64,000 bases of DNA from Octopus vulgaris (GCA_951406725.2 OX597818.1:124496001-124560000), one strand, 5' to 3'; positions 27,341 through 38,905 are shown, numbered from the stretch's first letter. The notes: generated by a model from the letters alone, not told the origin. Numbers and translations: made by a program.

Positions 27341-27753
27341 TAAAGTATAATAGCCATCTCAATATGGCTAACCACAAAGGGTGGATTTTTTATTGCTTGC
27401 AGACAGTTTTTCGAAATCAGTGACGGAAGTTACTAGAAAAACACTAAAGTATTTGCATACAAGGTCTTCCTTTTCATCGAAAACCGGTGATTACCGCCCG
27501 TTGACAAGAGGCAACTACCTCGAAACTGTGGTCCGTGCGTATCACTTAGGCTTACGAGAGAGGGATGACCTCCCTTTGCAAATACCATAAGGGCACAGAT
27601 AGTGTGCTTAAAGCCAGCTGGAGACGATGATCTCCTGGGGCTAAAAGCTACAGTAACACCCACCCTTAGTGGTTAGCCATATTGAGATGGCTAGTATACT
27701 TTACGTTGTCGAGCGGTTACTGTTTACATCTCGTTCAGAGATTTATTATTGCT
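27341..27753 (+). mobile_element. Short Penelope-like fold-back insertion with 12-bp TSD and hammerhead ribozyme motif
   Basis: TSD TAAATTATAATT at 27329-27340 and 27754-27765. Inverted arms 27341-27384 / 27660-27703 (42 of 44 matching), then a 50-nt unpaired tail. Hammerhead at 27487-27545. Confidence 0.75.
27487..27545 (+). ncRNA. Type I hammerhead ribozyme motif with U3-A8 core variant
   Basis: Stem I GTGAT..CGC.CG / CG.GCG.ATCAC; core TTGACAA (27501-27507); stem II GAGG-CAACTA-CCTC; GAAA; short stem III C-TGTG-G; GUC cleavage triplet ending 27533. Confidence 0.7.
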
Positions 27754-27784
27754 TAAATTATAATTGTTTTTTAAAACTCAACAG

Positions 27785-29706
27785 TGCATATAGATGCCCC
27801 TTGCAGTGCTCCAGTTGTGAATGAAAACAGGAAAGGCAGCTGGTCCAGCAGAAGTAAGTGTGGAAATGATAACTGCAAGTGGAGAGAGAGGGATTGTTGT
27901 GATGTTGGAGTTCTGCCAGGGTGTGCTGGATGGAAGAGGAATGCCAGACGATTGGGCACTAAGTGTGGTGGTACCGATCTTCAAGGGGAAGGGGGATGCG
28001 ATGAGTTGTGGGGTGTATAGGGGAGTGCAGTTATTTGAGCATACAATGAAGATAGTGGAAAGGGTATTGGAGAGGTGAATTCAGAAGAGGGTGGATGTGG
28101 ACGAGATGCAGTTTGGTTTTATGCCAGGAAGTGGAACAATAGATGAAGTGTTCATTGTAAAGAGATTGCAAGAGGAATCTGAAGTTGTGCATGTGCTTCA
28201 TTGATCTGTAGAAGGCATTTTATAGGGTCCCAAGGATGGTGATTGAAAGGGCATTGAAAAAGAGGGGTATACTGGAGGTAATAGTGAGGGCAGTGGTGAG
28301 TTTGTATGAGGGGGTAAAGACAAGAGTTAGAATTGGATCAGAGCTGTCAGAGGAGCTTGCCGTGAAAGTTGGTGTGCATCAGGGATCTGTGTTGTCACCA
28401 TTATTGTTTGCAATAGTGGTTGATGTGGTGATGGAGAGTGCAAGAGAGGAATTGATAATGGAGATATTGTATGCAGATGACCTTGTTCTGATGAGTAAGA
28501 CGATGGAGGGATTGAGGGAGAAGTTTTAGAAATGGAAGGAGGTGTTTGAAAGCAAAAGTTTGAAGGTAAATCTCAGGAAGACAAAGGTGATGGTGAGTGG
28601 AGTGGAAGGAGAAATGAGTAAAGGAAATCCATAGTATATGTGGAAGGATGGTAATGACAAATGCTGAAGGCAGCGAGCTGGCAGAAACGTTAGCACGCCG
28701 GGCAAAATGCTTAGTGGTATTTATTCTGCCGTTACGTTCTGAGTTCAAATTCTGCCGAGGTCGACTTTGCCTTTCATCCTTTCAGGGTTGATAAATTAAG
28801 TACCAGTTACGCACTGGGGTTGGTGTAATCGACTTAATCCATTTGTCATTCCTTGTTTGTCCCCTCTGTGTTTATCCCCTTGTGGGTAGTAAAGAAATAG
28901 GTAATGACAAATGCAGTGATGGGTACGAGATGTGAGAAATGGATTTGTGGTAGATGTATGAAAATGAAGAAGGTGACCCCAAGACTGGCGAGAGAGTTTG
29001 TTTGTGGAAGATGTGAGAAAGGAGCTGGAAGCCTGGCAGAACCAGTGGAAATGCTATGTGATGAGAGGGAAACGGTAAGAAGGTTTTGTTATTTGGGAGA
29101 TAAAGTGGATGTAAGTGGTGGATGTGAAGCAGTTGTGACAGCAAGAGCAAGACATGGCTGGATGAAGTTCAGGGGATGTGGAGTGTTGTTACATGGGAAA
29201 AGGTTCTCAATAAAGATGAAAGGAAGGGTCTATAGGAGTTGTATGAGAGCTGCAATACTGTATGGGAGTGAGACATGTTGTCTGAGGAAGAGAGAGATGG
29301 TAATTTTGAGAAGGACTGAGAGAGTGACGGTGAGAGGAATGTGTGGGGTGAAGCTGTTTGGTAAGAGGAGGACTGAGGAATTGATGGGAATGCTGGGGCT
29401 GGAGAAATCAGTGGAATGGTTGGCAAGGGTGAATGGAGTGAGGTGGTATGGGTATGTGTTGAGGAGGGATGAAGAGCATGGTCAGAGGATGGTGATTGCA
29501 TTTGAGGTAAATGGAGCACAAAAGGGAGGAAGACTGAGGAAAAGGAGGAGGAGACAAGTGGAGGAGGAGATTGGGAGGGTTGGTTTGAAAAGGGAGGACA
29601 CCCAGGCGAGATGGTGTGAGGGCAGTTGCTATGGCGTTGAGGTAGATCCAACCACCCCCATTAACAGGGACAAAATCCGGATTTAAAACACTGGATGATG
29701 ATGATG
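27785..29706 (+). mobile_element. RTE-clade LINE, 5'-truncated, RT domain to (GAT)n tail, multiply disrupted
   Basis: MKTGKAAGP..., VVPIFKGKGD, QFGFMPG, VGVHQGSVLSPLLF, ILYADDLVL, FCYLGD, AILYGSET and RWYG.VLRR in successive ORF pieces; ends GATGATGATGATGA. Confidence 0.9.
28665..28899 (+). mobile_element. SINE family B inserted into the RTE LINE with a 15-bp TSD
   Basis: GGTAATGACAAATGC at 28650-28664 and 28900-28914. Confidence 0.92.
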
Positions 29707-29926
29707 AGGTTTATGGATTTAATTCATGTAATATTCTTCAATATGTATCCTTTTGTCAAAATTTTCAAACTAAATCTACTTGATTTGGTGGTTAATAGTG
29801 ATTGACTTGATTTAACAATACAGGTTTATTTCCATTGTGGTGATCCTCCTAGATCAGAGGTACTTGCCATTGACATTAAATCAATGTTGTCATATTGCTT
29901 ATCTCTCCTCATCTTTGTTTTCCATG

Positions 29927-31165
29927 TCAAAGATAATCTAAACAATTCCAAGATTATGGTCAAAGATAATAAGTACAATTCAAGGATTATAGTCAAAGAT
30001 AATTGCTAGAATTCAAAGATTACAGTCAAAATCAATCACTAAAATTTAAAGATTACTTCAAAGATAATCGAATTAAAAAATTGTTGTCAAAGATAATCAC
30101 TAGAATTAAGAGTAAAGTCAAAAATAATCCCTAGAATTAAAAGATTATAGTCAAAATAATCACAAGAATTTAAAGATGATGATAAAAGATTATCACTAAT
30201 TTAAAGATATTGGTAAAAGATAATTATTAGAATTCCTTGATTATAGTCAAATACCATTACAAGAATTCAAAGATTATGTCATCGATAACCACTAGAATTA
30301 AAAGAATGTAGTCAATGACTATCACAAGAATTGAAAGATAATAGTAAAAGATAATTATTGGAATTTCTGGATTATAAGTCAAAGATTACTATTAGAACTC
30401 ATTGATTATGGTCACAGATAATCACTAGAATTTAAAAAATCCTAGATAAAGAAAATCATTAGAATTTTAAAATAATGGAAAAAGATAATTATTATAAATC
30501 CTAGATTATAGTCATAGATCATTATGAGAATTCAAAGATAATGGTCAAAAATAATTATTAGAATTCCTTGATTATAGTCAAATACCATTACAAGAATTCA
30601 AAGATTATGTCATCGATAATTACTAGAATTAAAAGAGTGTAGTCAATGACAATCACAAGAATTCAAAGATAATAGTAACAGATAATTATTGGAATTTCTG
30701 GATTATAAGTCAAAGATTACTATTAGAATTCGTTGATTATGGTCACAGATAATCACTAGAATTAAAAAATCCTAGTTAAAGAAAATCATTAGAATTTTAA
30801 AATAATGGAAAAAGATAATTATTATAGAGTGGTTGTATACTGTCAACTTAACGTGACAGTAAGGGAATTACAACACCGTTGTTTAGCCCTAGGAAGCATC
30901 GACGCTTCCTGTCGGCCTCACAGGAAATATGTCAAGGCCGACAGGAAGCGTCGATGCTTCCTAGGGCTAAACAACAGTGGTGTAATTCCCTTACTGTCAC
31001 GTTAAGTTGACAGTATACAACCACTCTATCGCCCCACCACCGTACATATCTCTATGAGATATTTAGAAATTTAATATTTCTGATAATTATTATAAATCCT
31101 AGATTATAGTCCTAGATCATTATGAGAATTCAAAGATAATGGTCAAAGATAATTATTAGAAATCA
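29927..31165. repeat. 33-bp minisatellite (consensus ~TCAAAGATAATCACTAGAATTCAAAGATTATAG) with ~331-bp higher-order repeat
   Basis: Units visible from 29927. Variant ATACCATTAC recurs at 30251 and 30582, and AGAATTTTAAAATAATGGAA at 30461 and 30791. Confidence 0.9.
30827..31081 (+). mobile_element. Short fold-back insertion (Penelope-like architecture) with 13-bp TSD inside the minisatellite
   Basis: TSD GATAATTATTATA at 30814-30826 and 31082-31094. Arms 30824-30918 / 30935-31029 (93 of 95 matching, 16-nt loop), then a 52-nt tail. The earlier higher-order unit (~30484-30510) shows the empty site. Confidence 0.85.
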
Positions 31166-31711
31166 TAAGTTACCTGGTTGCTCTACCGTTTGTGAATAAC
31201 TCACAAATATATGCATTTTTAGTTTGCCCCTACCACCACCATCAGATGCTCTATAAACAAAGTATGCTCTCTTATCTCCATGAAGAAATATTTCTTGGGT
31301 AGTTAGCTGAGTGAAAGCTAAGATAAGCCGCATAACATCATGTCTACATTACATCATAGTAATTCGCCATGACAGACAATATGCACAGGTTTGAAAGATC
31401 TTGCTTAAAGTGGCTCTTGAATCACCCCCTACCATCACCATCACGACCACATACCTTATGCTGCAACCCTAAATATTGGAGTAATTTGCAGCTTGTGAAT
31501 ACACACACACACACACACACACACAGAGTGTAAAGTGCTTGACATACTAAGTAAAAGTCCTAGCTGGCAACTGGAGGGGGAGGCTGTCCTTTCAACCAAT
31601 ATGCTACTGTGGACGCCACTGGATGACGGACTCTGGTGATGGATGATGTTATTCTACACTTCCCGATCCATGGTGCTGGCTTTAGCATGCTTCAGGTCTT
31701 CAATTTCTTTC

Positions 31712-32124
31712 TTATTTCTTTATTGTCCACAAGGGGCTAAACACAGAGGGGACAAACAAGGACAGACAAAGGGATTAAGTCGATTACATCGACCCCAGTG
31801 TGTAACTGGTACTTAATTTATCGACCCCGAAAAGATGAAAGGTAAAGTCGACCTCGGCGGAATTTGAACTCAGAACGTAACAGCAGACGAAATACCTATT
31901 TTTTTACTACCCACAAGGGGCTAAACATAGAGAGGACAAACAAGGACAGACAAACGGATTAAGTCGATTACATCGACCCCAGTGCGTAACTGGTACTTAA
32001 TTTATCGACCCCGAAAGGATGAAAGGCAAAGTCGACCTCGACAGAATTTGAACTCAGTACGTAACAGCAGATGAAATACCACTAAGTATTTCGTCCAGCA
32101 CGCTAACATTTCTGCCAGCTCGTC
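31712..32124 (-). mobile_element. Head-to-tail tandem of two SINE family B copies
   Basis: CCACAAGGGGCTAAACA...GAACTCAG repeats at ~31727 and ~31911; the first copy is 5'-truncated. Confidence 0.85.
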
Positions 32125-32260
32125 TTCAATTTCTTTCATCCATGTCTTCTTTGGTGCACTGTGGTGAACTTTCCAGTGCATGGGTTGTTGCCACCACAAA
32201 ACCACTGTAGCCTGTACTGGCATTGTTCTCGGATGTTGTTTAAGATTTGGTTGCGTAGAC

Positions 32261-32480
32261 CAGTGCCTTTCAAACTTTTTGCCCGGAGCGGAACCCCAAG
32301 GAAACATTCCACTGGCTCGAGGAACCCCTGTGCAAAAATTTTATAGTCTTATGCACACATATCTGCACAGGAGAATTGAAAATTACTGCCGATTTTAGCA
32401 GTTTTGTAACTTCTTGCGGAACCCCTGGACTGTATTGGCGGAACTTTAAGGTTCCGCGGAACACTGGTTGAAAACTACTG
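32261..32480. mobile_element. hAT-superfamily MITE with perfect 8-bp TSD
   Basis: TIRs CAGTGCCTTTCAA / TTGAAAACTACTG; TSD GCGTAGAC at 32253-32260 and 32481-32488. Confidence 0.9.
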
Positions 32481-33217
32481 GCGTAGACAAACACCAAGGA
32501 TCTGAAAAAGACACTGCATTTGGAACACCTCAAGCTTGTTCAGGTCCTGTTTGAGGAGGGTATCAAACTATGGAAACCATGTCAAAGCAGAAAGACATTG
32601 TAGCACAACATTGTCCTCCAAGTAGTTGAATTTTTCCAAACCATCCAACCCATGCCAACATGGAAAAAGTGGATGTTAAATGACGATGATATTATAACAA
32701 CGAGGATGATGATGTGGTGAAGGAGGAAGTGGTGAAGGAGGAGGAGGAAGAGAAGAATTGTGGTGGTGGTGGTGGTGGTGGCGGTGGTGGTGGTGGTGGT
32801 GGTGGTGGCGGCGGTGGTGAGGAAGTGGGGGAGGATAAATTACCTCGCAATAATTGAATAAATCAAACAGCAGTCACTAAAAGTATTATTTTATATAACT
32901 AAACTACAATAATTGATAAAATAATTTTGTTGGGACATCATTCTTTAATTTTGGTTTATATTTTCATTTTACTTTTTTATTAATGCATTTTTAAAAAAAA
33001 AATTTATAATGGTTTTTTGTTGCTGTTTTTCGCTTTTTTTTTTGTTTTGTTTTGTTTTCAACTTCAAAGTAAATGATATGAACAAAACCAATGAATAGTG
33101 TCCTGTTTACATTTAAATGCAGTAAATCGGTAAATATTTAATTTTCTATTGCTTCAGCAACACTAATACAGATCTATGTAAACAACTCTCCATTTCATAT
33201 CATTATTATTATTATTA

Positions 33218-33248
<31 letters not shown>

Positions 33249-33638
33249 CATTTTTATTATTATTATTATTATTCTATTATATTTATTTTTTGATTTTATT
33301 TCTAATAACATATATACACACACGCTCACACATACACACACACACACACATGCATGTATTTATGTATACACACACGCACACGATTGATGGCTGATTAAAA
33401 AATACAATTTGTCTGAAACAAATCAATTTAGTAGCGAAAACAAATGAAGCAAATGTTTTCCTCTCTGCCAATACTGAACTAAAGCAAAATTCCTTGCTCT
33501 ATAAATTAGATTAGCAAAAACAAAGTAGTGGGTGGGTGTCTACATTTAATAATTGATTACAAGCAGTATCCTATAACCTTTTGTGACTATGTGGCACCAC
33601 TGAAAATTTTTCGTCTTTGCATAGTGTGACACGACAGC

Positions 33639-33639
33639 A

Positions 33640-33688
<49 letters not shown>

Positions 33689-33764
33689 AAGTAGTAGTAG
33701 TAGTGGTGGTGGTGGTGGTGGTGGTGGTAGTAGTGGTGGTGGTGGTGGTGGTGGTGATGGTGGT

Positions 33765-33839
<75 letters not shown>

Positions 33840-33875
33840 GCAGCAGCAGCAGTGGTGGTGGTGGTGGTGGTAGTG

Positions 33876-33906
<31 letters not shown>

Positions 33907-33938
33907 CAGTAGTAGTGGTAGTGGTGGTGGTGGTGGTG

Positions 33939-33970
<32 letters not shown>

Positions 33971-34013
33971 GGTAGTGGTAGTAGCAGTAGTAGTAGTAGT
34001 GGTGGTGGTGGTG

Positions 34014-34044
<31 letters not shown>

Positions 34045-34079
34045 CAGCAGCAGTGGTGGTAGTAGTGGTAGTAGTAGTG

Positions 34080-34120
<41 letters not shown>

Positions 34121-34141
34121 GGTGGTGGTGGTGGTAGTAGC

Positions 34142-34184
<43 letters not shown>

Positions 34185-34215
34185 ACAGCAGCAGCTGTTG
34201 TTGCTGCTACTGCTA
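33639..34215. repeat. Compound (GTA)/(GTG)/(GCA) trinucleotide tract
   Basis: Direct inspection; explains the poly-Val ORF 33765-34241. Confidence 0.95.
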
Positions 34216-35390
34216 CTGATGATGTTTTTGTTGTTGTTTAGCTAGGTCCATGTCAACCCAGGTTAAAATTCAGGATTAAAAGCATTCAGGCTGGGACTGA
34301 TGAAGTTCTGTTGAACCAGGGTCAATAAAATAAGTACCAATTGAGTGCTGGGGGTCGATGTAATCAACTTATCTCCTACTCCGAAATTGGTGGCCTTGTA
34401 CCAAAATTTGAAATCATTATTAGGGCAGCAAGCTGATAGAATCATTAGAGTGTCAGAAAAAAGGCATTGCAGTATTCGGGTGCTTTACATTCTAAGTTCA
34501 AATCACACCAAGGTCAACTTTGCCTTTCATTCCTCTCAGGTTGATAAAATAAAGTGCCAGGGAAGAGCTGGATCAACAGAGTTGACAAACACCCTAAACC
34601 CACTCAAAATTGCTGGACCTGTGCCTAAATCATCATCATCATCATCATCATATGTTTGTATCTCTCTTTCTCTCTGTGTGTAAGAAATCGGTATAGTCAA
34701 TACCTAAAACAAGTCAATATGTCATGATAGTGCTTCTATGATTTCTTTAGAAGTTGAGGTACAAGACAAGATAAGCAAAGCAATACTTGTAACTTCAGAT
34801 AGGCAGTACTCCAGTGTTCTCTGGACTCATACTTCAAAGCAGTCAAGATAGACTGCATTCACTTTGCTGCTTTGTCTATAGAATATATTTGTAAATTCTG
34901 GTGGCAGATAGTAGACAGTACATACAGTTGAGTAGCCTGTTAACAATTCAACTCAGTAGTAAACCATTGTGAATGCAAGCCAACAAAGAGTCTCATATGT
35001 GATCATTAAACCAGCTAAATGTAGCAGCTAAGTCTCTCTTATAGTATACCATCTCTCATGAATAATGTGGTTCTAGATGCCTGATGTATGGGGAAAATAT
35101 TGGATGGGCATTGTTGGAATGCTTTTGATCATAGATATACTTAATCAGGTTTATCTGAGGCTAAACAACAACAGCAACGTTGTGATATTGAGTTTACCAT
35201 TTTGATATATTTTTCCTTGATGGATTCTTCGTCAAATAACTGCAACCTGCACATAGGTGTCCTCTCTTTGTTGACAGTATTCTGTGTATTCTTTGACTGT
35301 CTTCAATCCTCAAGAATGGTAATATACCCAGTTCACTGTAAGCAGGTTTTAATCAAAGAAAATATCACCTTTTAGTGTAAAACTTTACAT

Positions 35391-35789
35391 AGGCACAGGA
35401 GTGGCTGTATGGTAAGTAGCTTGCTAACCAACCACATGGTTCTGGGTACAGTCCCACTGCGTGGCATCTTGGGCAAGTGTCTTCTGCTATAGCCCCGGGC
35501 TGACCAATGCCTTGTGAGTGGATTTGGTAGATGGAAACTGAAAGAAGCCTGTCGTATATGTGTATATATATGTATATATATGTGTGTGTGTTTGTCCCTC
35601 TAACATTGCTTGACAACCGATGCTGGTGTGTTTACGTCCCCGTAACTTAGCAGTTCGGCAAAAAGAGACCGATAGAATAAGTACTGGGCTTACAAAAGAA
35701 TAAGTCCCGGGTCGATTTGCTCGACCAAAGGTGGTGCTCCAGCATGGCCGCAGTCAAATGACCGAAACAAGTAAAAGAGTAAAAGAGTA
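35391..35789 (+). mobile_element. SINE family A, full length
   Basis: Head AGGCACAGGAGTGGCTGTATGG through tail GAAACAAGTAAAAGAGTAAAAGAG. Confidence 0.88.
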
Positions 35790-37561
35790 CTTTATAGTGA
35801 CTGATACAAGTGCTCCATTGCTCAGCTGATCATAACATTACTCCAAGTTTACATCATACCACAGCATATTCAGCACTTGGTCTCTGGGATTTCAAATGCT
35901 TGATTTTTGAATTCCCTTGAGGCCTGACTCTGGCCAATAAACCTTGATTCATGTGAAAGCTTTTCTTAGTTTTTGTTGATGCTCTTAGGTCAAAAGCAGA
36001 AGATGTGGTGGAGTGAGGAATTTTCTGTCAGAATATGAAGAGATAGCAAAGGAGATGTGTTAATCATCTTAGCAAAACACCTCTCTAGGATTGATCAAAT
36101 AAATGTCAGTTTCATGATGGGATTGATTCAGTTGACTCATACCATCCAGCTCTAAAAATTGCCTTCATGTTTTAAGAAGTAATTACTGAAAAATGTGATA
36201 GGTTACTGTTTTTATCTCAATCACAAAGATAATTTTATCAGTTGAAAATAAATCACCAGTGTTATGGTTGTCCTGCAGAGATCTTTCATGACAATTTACT
36301 AGCAGTAAATGCAATGAAACTCAAGTCAGTGAGGGAACCCCTATACAATCAAACTTCATGCTAGAAATAGCAACTACATTTTCATAAGCCTTTATTTGTT
36401 GTCTTAAAAAGTAAAAGGACATATTTGATCTCTCGATATACTATACCTGAAAAAAAAAGACAAGACGATCATAACTGGAATTGTGTTACTCATATGTCTG
36501 CTTGATCAGACCTAACCTGTAGCTAAACAACAGCAACATACTTAATTTAAAGTCTTGCTTTGGAGGAGTATATAGGCTAAATGAGAAAGAATGCTTCAAG
36601 CAACAGGTGAATTTAGGTTTAAATCTTTCTATAGTTTTATATGGTCTGGCATGAAATATTCTAAAGTCATGGCCTCAAGATTCAATAATACAGAAAGCAT
36701 CACAGTTTCTGATTTATGTTTGTTGTATTCTGATGTTTGATTGATTGATTCTAGTTTCAGCTCACGAGCTGTGGCCATGCTGGGGCACCGCCATTCTTTT
36801 ACATTTGGTTACACAATTTTTTTTTTTTCCAGTTAGGGGTTAAAAGCCCAAACTGAAGAAATAAACATTCAAACCAACACCATTGTATTTGGACAAATTT
36901 CTCAAAGATTTCCATATAAAGACAGGCAAAACGCTTAGCGGCATTTTGTCCGTCTTTACATTCTGAGTTCAAATTCTACCAAAGTCGACTTTGCCTTTCA
37001 TCCTTTCAGGGTCGATGAAATAAGTACCAGTTGAGCACTGGGGTCGCGGTAATTGACCAGCCCCTCCCACAAAATTTTGGATCTCGTGCTTATGATAGAA
37101 GGGATTATTCTTATGGAACAAGGCAGTGAGCTGGTAGAATTGTTAACACACCAGACAAAATGTTTAGTGATATTTTGTCCATCTCAACATTCTGAGTTCA
37201 AATTCTGCTCAAGTCTTTTTTGCCTTTCCTCTTTTTGGGACCAATAAAATAAGTACCAGTTGGGTCCTGAAATAGATGTAACCCTTCCCTAAAAAGTTTC
37301 AAGCCTTGTGCCTAGGACAGAAAGGATTAACATGGAATAAGGCAGTGAGTTGGCAGTATCATTAGAGCATTAGACAAGAACACCATCAAGTACTTTTTCT
37401 AACTCTTAACATTATGAGTTCAAATCTCACCAGTGTCACCTTTGCCTTTTATCCTTCAAAAGTCCATTAATCGAAGTATTATTCAAGAGCTAGACACAAT
37501 TTTAGTTGACTGACCACTTCTCCTAAATTTCTGGCTCCTTGCTTAAGTTAGAAATTATTAT

Positions 37562-37842
37562 TTGCCGGTGGCACGTAAAAAGCACCATCTGATCATGGCC
37601 GTTGCCAGCCTTGCCTGGCCCCCATGCCAGTGGCACGTAAAAAGCACCATCCAACCGTGGCCGTTTGCCAGCCCCGTCTGGCACGTAAAAAGCACCCACT
37701 ACACTCATGGAGTGGTTGGCATTAGGAAGGGCATCCAGCTGTAGAAACATTGCCAGATCAGACTGGGTCTGGTGCATCCTTCTGGCTTCCAAGACCCCAG
37801 TTGAACCGTCCAACCCATGCTAGCATGGAAAGCAGACGCTAA

Positions 37843-37876
<34 letters not shown>

Positions 37877-37877
37877 G
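37562..37877 (+). mobile_element. RTE 3' UTR copy with three internal units
   Basis: Three GGCACGTAAAAAGCACC units, family tail and (GAT)n. Confidence 0.8.
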
Positions 37878-38240
37878 GATGTATTAAAGGGCAGCAATCA
37901 TTAGTATGCCAGATGAAATGCTTAACAGTATTTTTTGTCTGTCTTCACGTTCTGAGATCAAATTCTGCTGAGGTTGACTTTGCCTTTCATCCCTTCAGGG
38001 TCAATAAAATAAGTACCAGTTGAGTACTGGGGTTGATGTAATTGACAAGTCCACTCCTTTTTAGTTAAAGAAATCAACAACCCCAGGACCTAGTCTTTGT
38101 GAGTCTAGTGCTTATTCTATCAGCCTTCTTTTGCCAAACCACCTAGTCACAGGGACGCAAACACACCAACATCAGTTGTCAAACAATGGGGGTGGGTCAA
38201 ACAGAGACATAAAGACTCACACACATAAATATATACATAT

Positions 38241-38360
38241 ATTTACGGCCATATCACGCTGAAAGCACCGGTTCTCATCCGATCACCGAAGTTAAGCAAC
38301 ATTGAGACTAGTGAGTACTTAGATGGGTGACCGCTTGGGAAACTTAGGTGCTGTAAGCAT
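38241..38360 (+). pseudogene. 5S rRNA: Dispersed full-length 5S rRNA copy (pseudogene or SINE3 head)
   Basis: 120 nt: TTACGGCCATATCACGCTGAAAGCACCGGTTCTCATCCGATCACCGAAGTTAAGCAAC...AGTACTTAGATGGGTGACCGCTTGGGAA...GGTGCTGTAAGCAT. The two ends pair as helix I. A-box and C-box regions are present; a few CpG-decay-type changes relative to the metazoan consensus I recall. Confidence 0.93.
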
Positions 38361-38830
38361 CTGACACTTTCCGTCCAATCCATGCCACCATGGAAAACGG
38401 ACTTTAAATGATGATGATGATGATATATTATATACAATAGGCTTCTCTCAGTTTCCATCTACCAAATCTACTCACAAAGCTTTGGTTGGCCCAAGGCTAT
38501 AGTAGAAAACACTTGCCCAAGGTTCCACACTGTGGGACTGAACCCTGAAACCCAGAAACAAGCTTCTTACCACACAGCCACACCCATATATATATATGTA
38601 TATGTATATATGTATATGTATGTACGTATATGTATGTATATATAAATTCGTAGCTGTATTTCGTCTGCCCTTCCATTCTGAGTTCAAATTCCACCGAGGT
38701 CGACTTTGCCTTTCATCCTTTCGGGGTCGATGAATAAAGTACCAGTTACGCACTGGGGTCGATGTAATCGACTTAATCCCTTTGTCTGTCTTTGTTTGTC
38801 CTCTCTATGTTTAGCCCCTTGTGGGCAATA

Positions 38831-38905
<75 letters not shown>

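Noticed and set aside
29927-31165. 33-bp repeats as a CRISPR array or 11-aa coding repeat
   Set aside because: Units are contiguous with no unique spacers, no cas genes, a eukaryotic context, and stops in all frames.
33765-34241. 158-aa poly-valine ORF
   Set aside because: Translation of a GTA/GTG/GCA microsatellite; no splice or coding context.
38241-38360. Functional 5S rRNA gene
   Set aside because: Solitary, inside another SINE, lacks an oligo-T terminator, and has substitutions at normally conserved positions.
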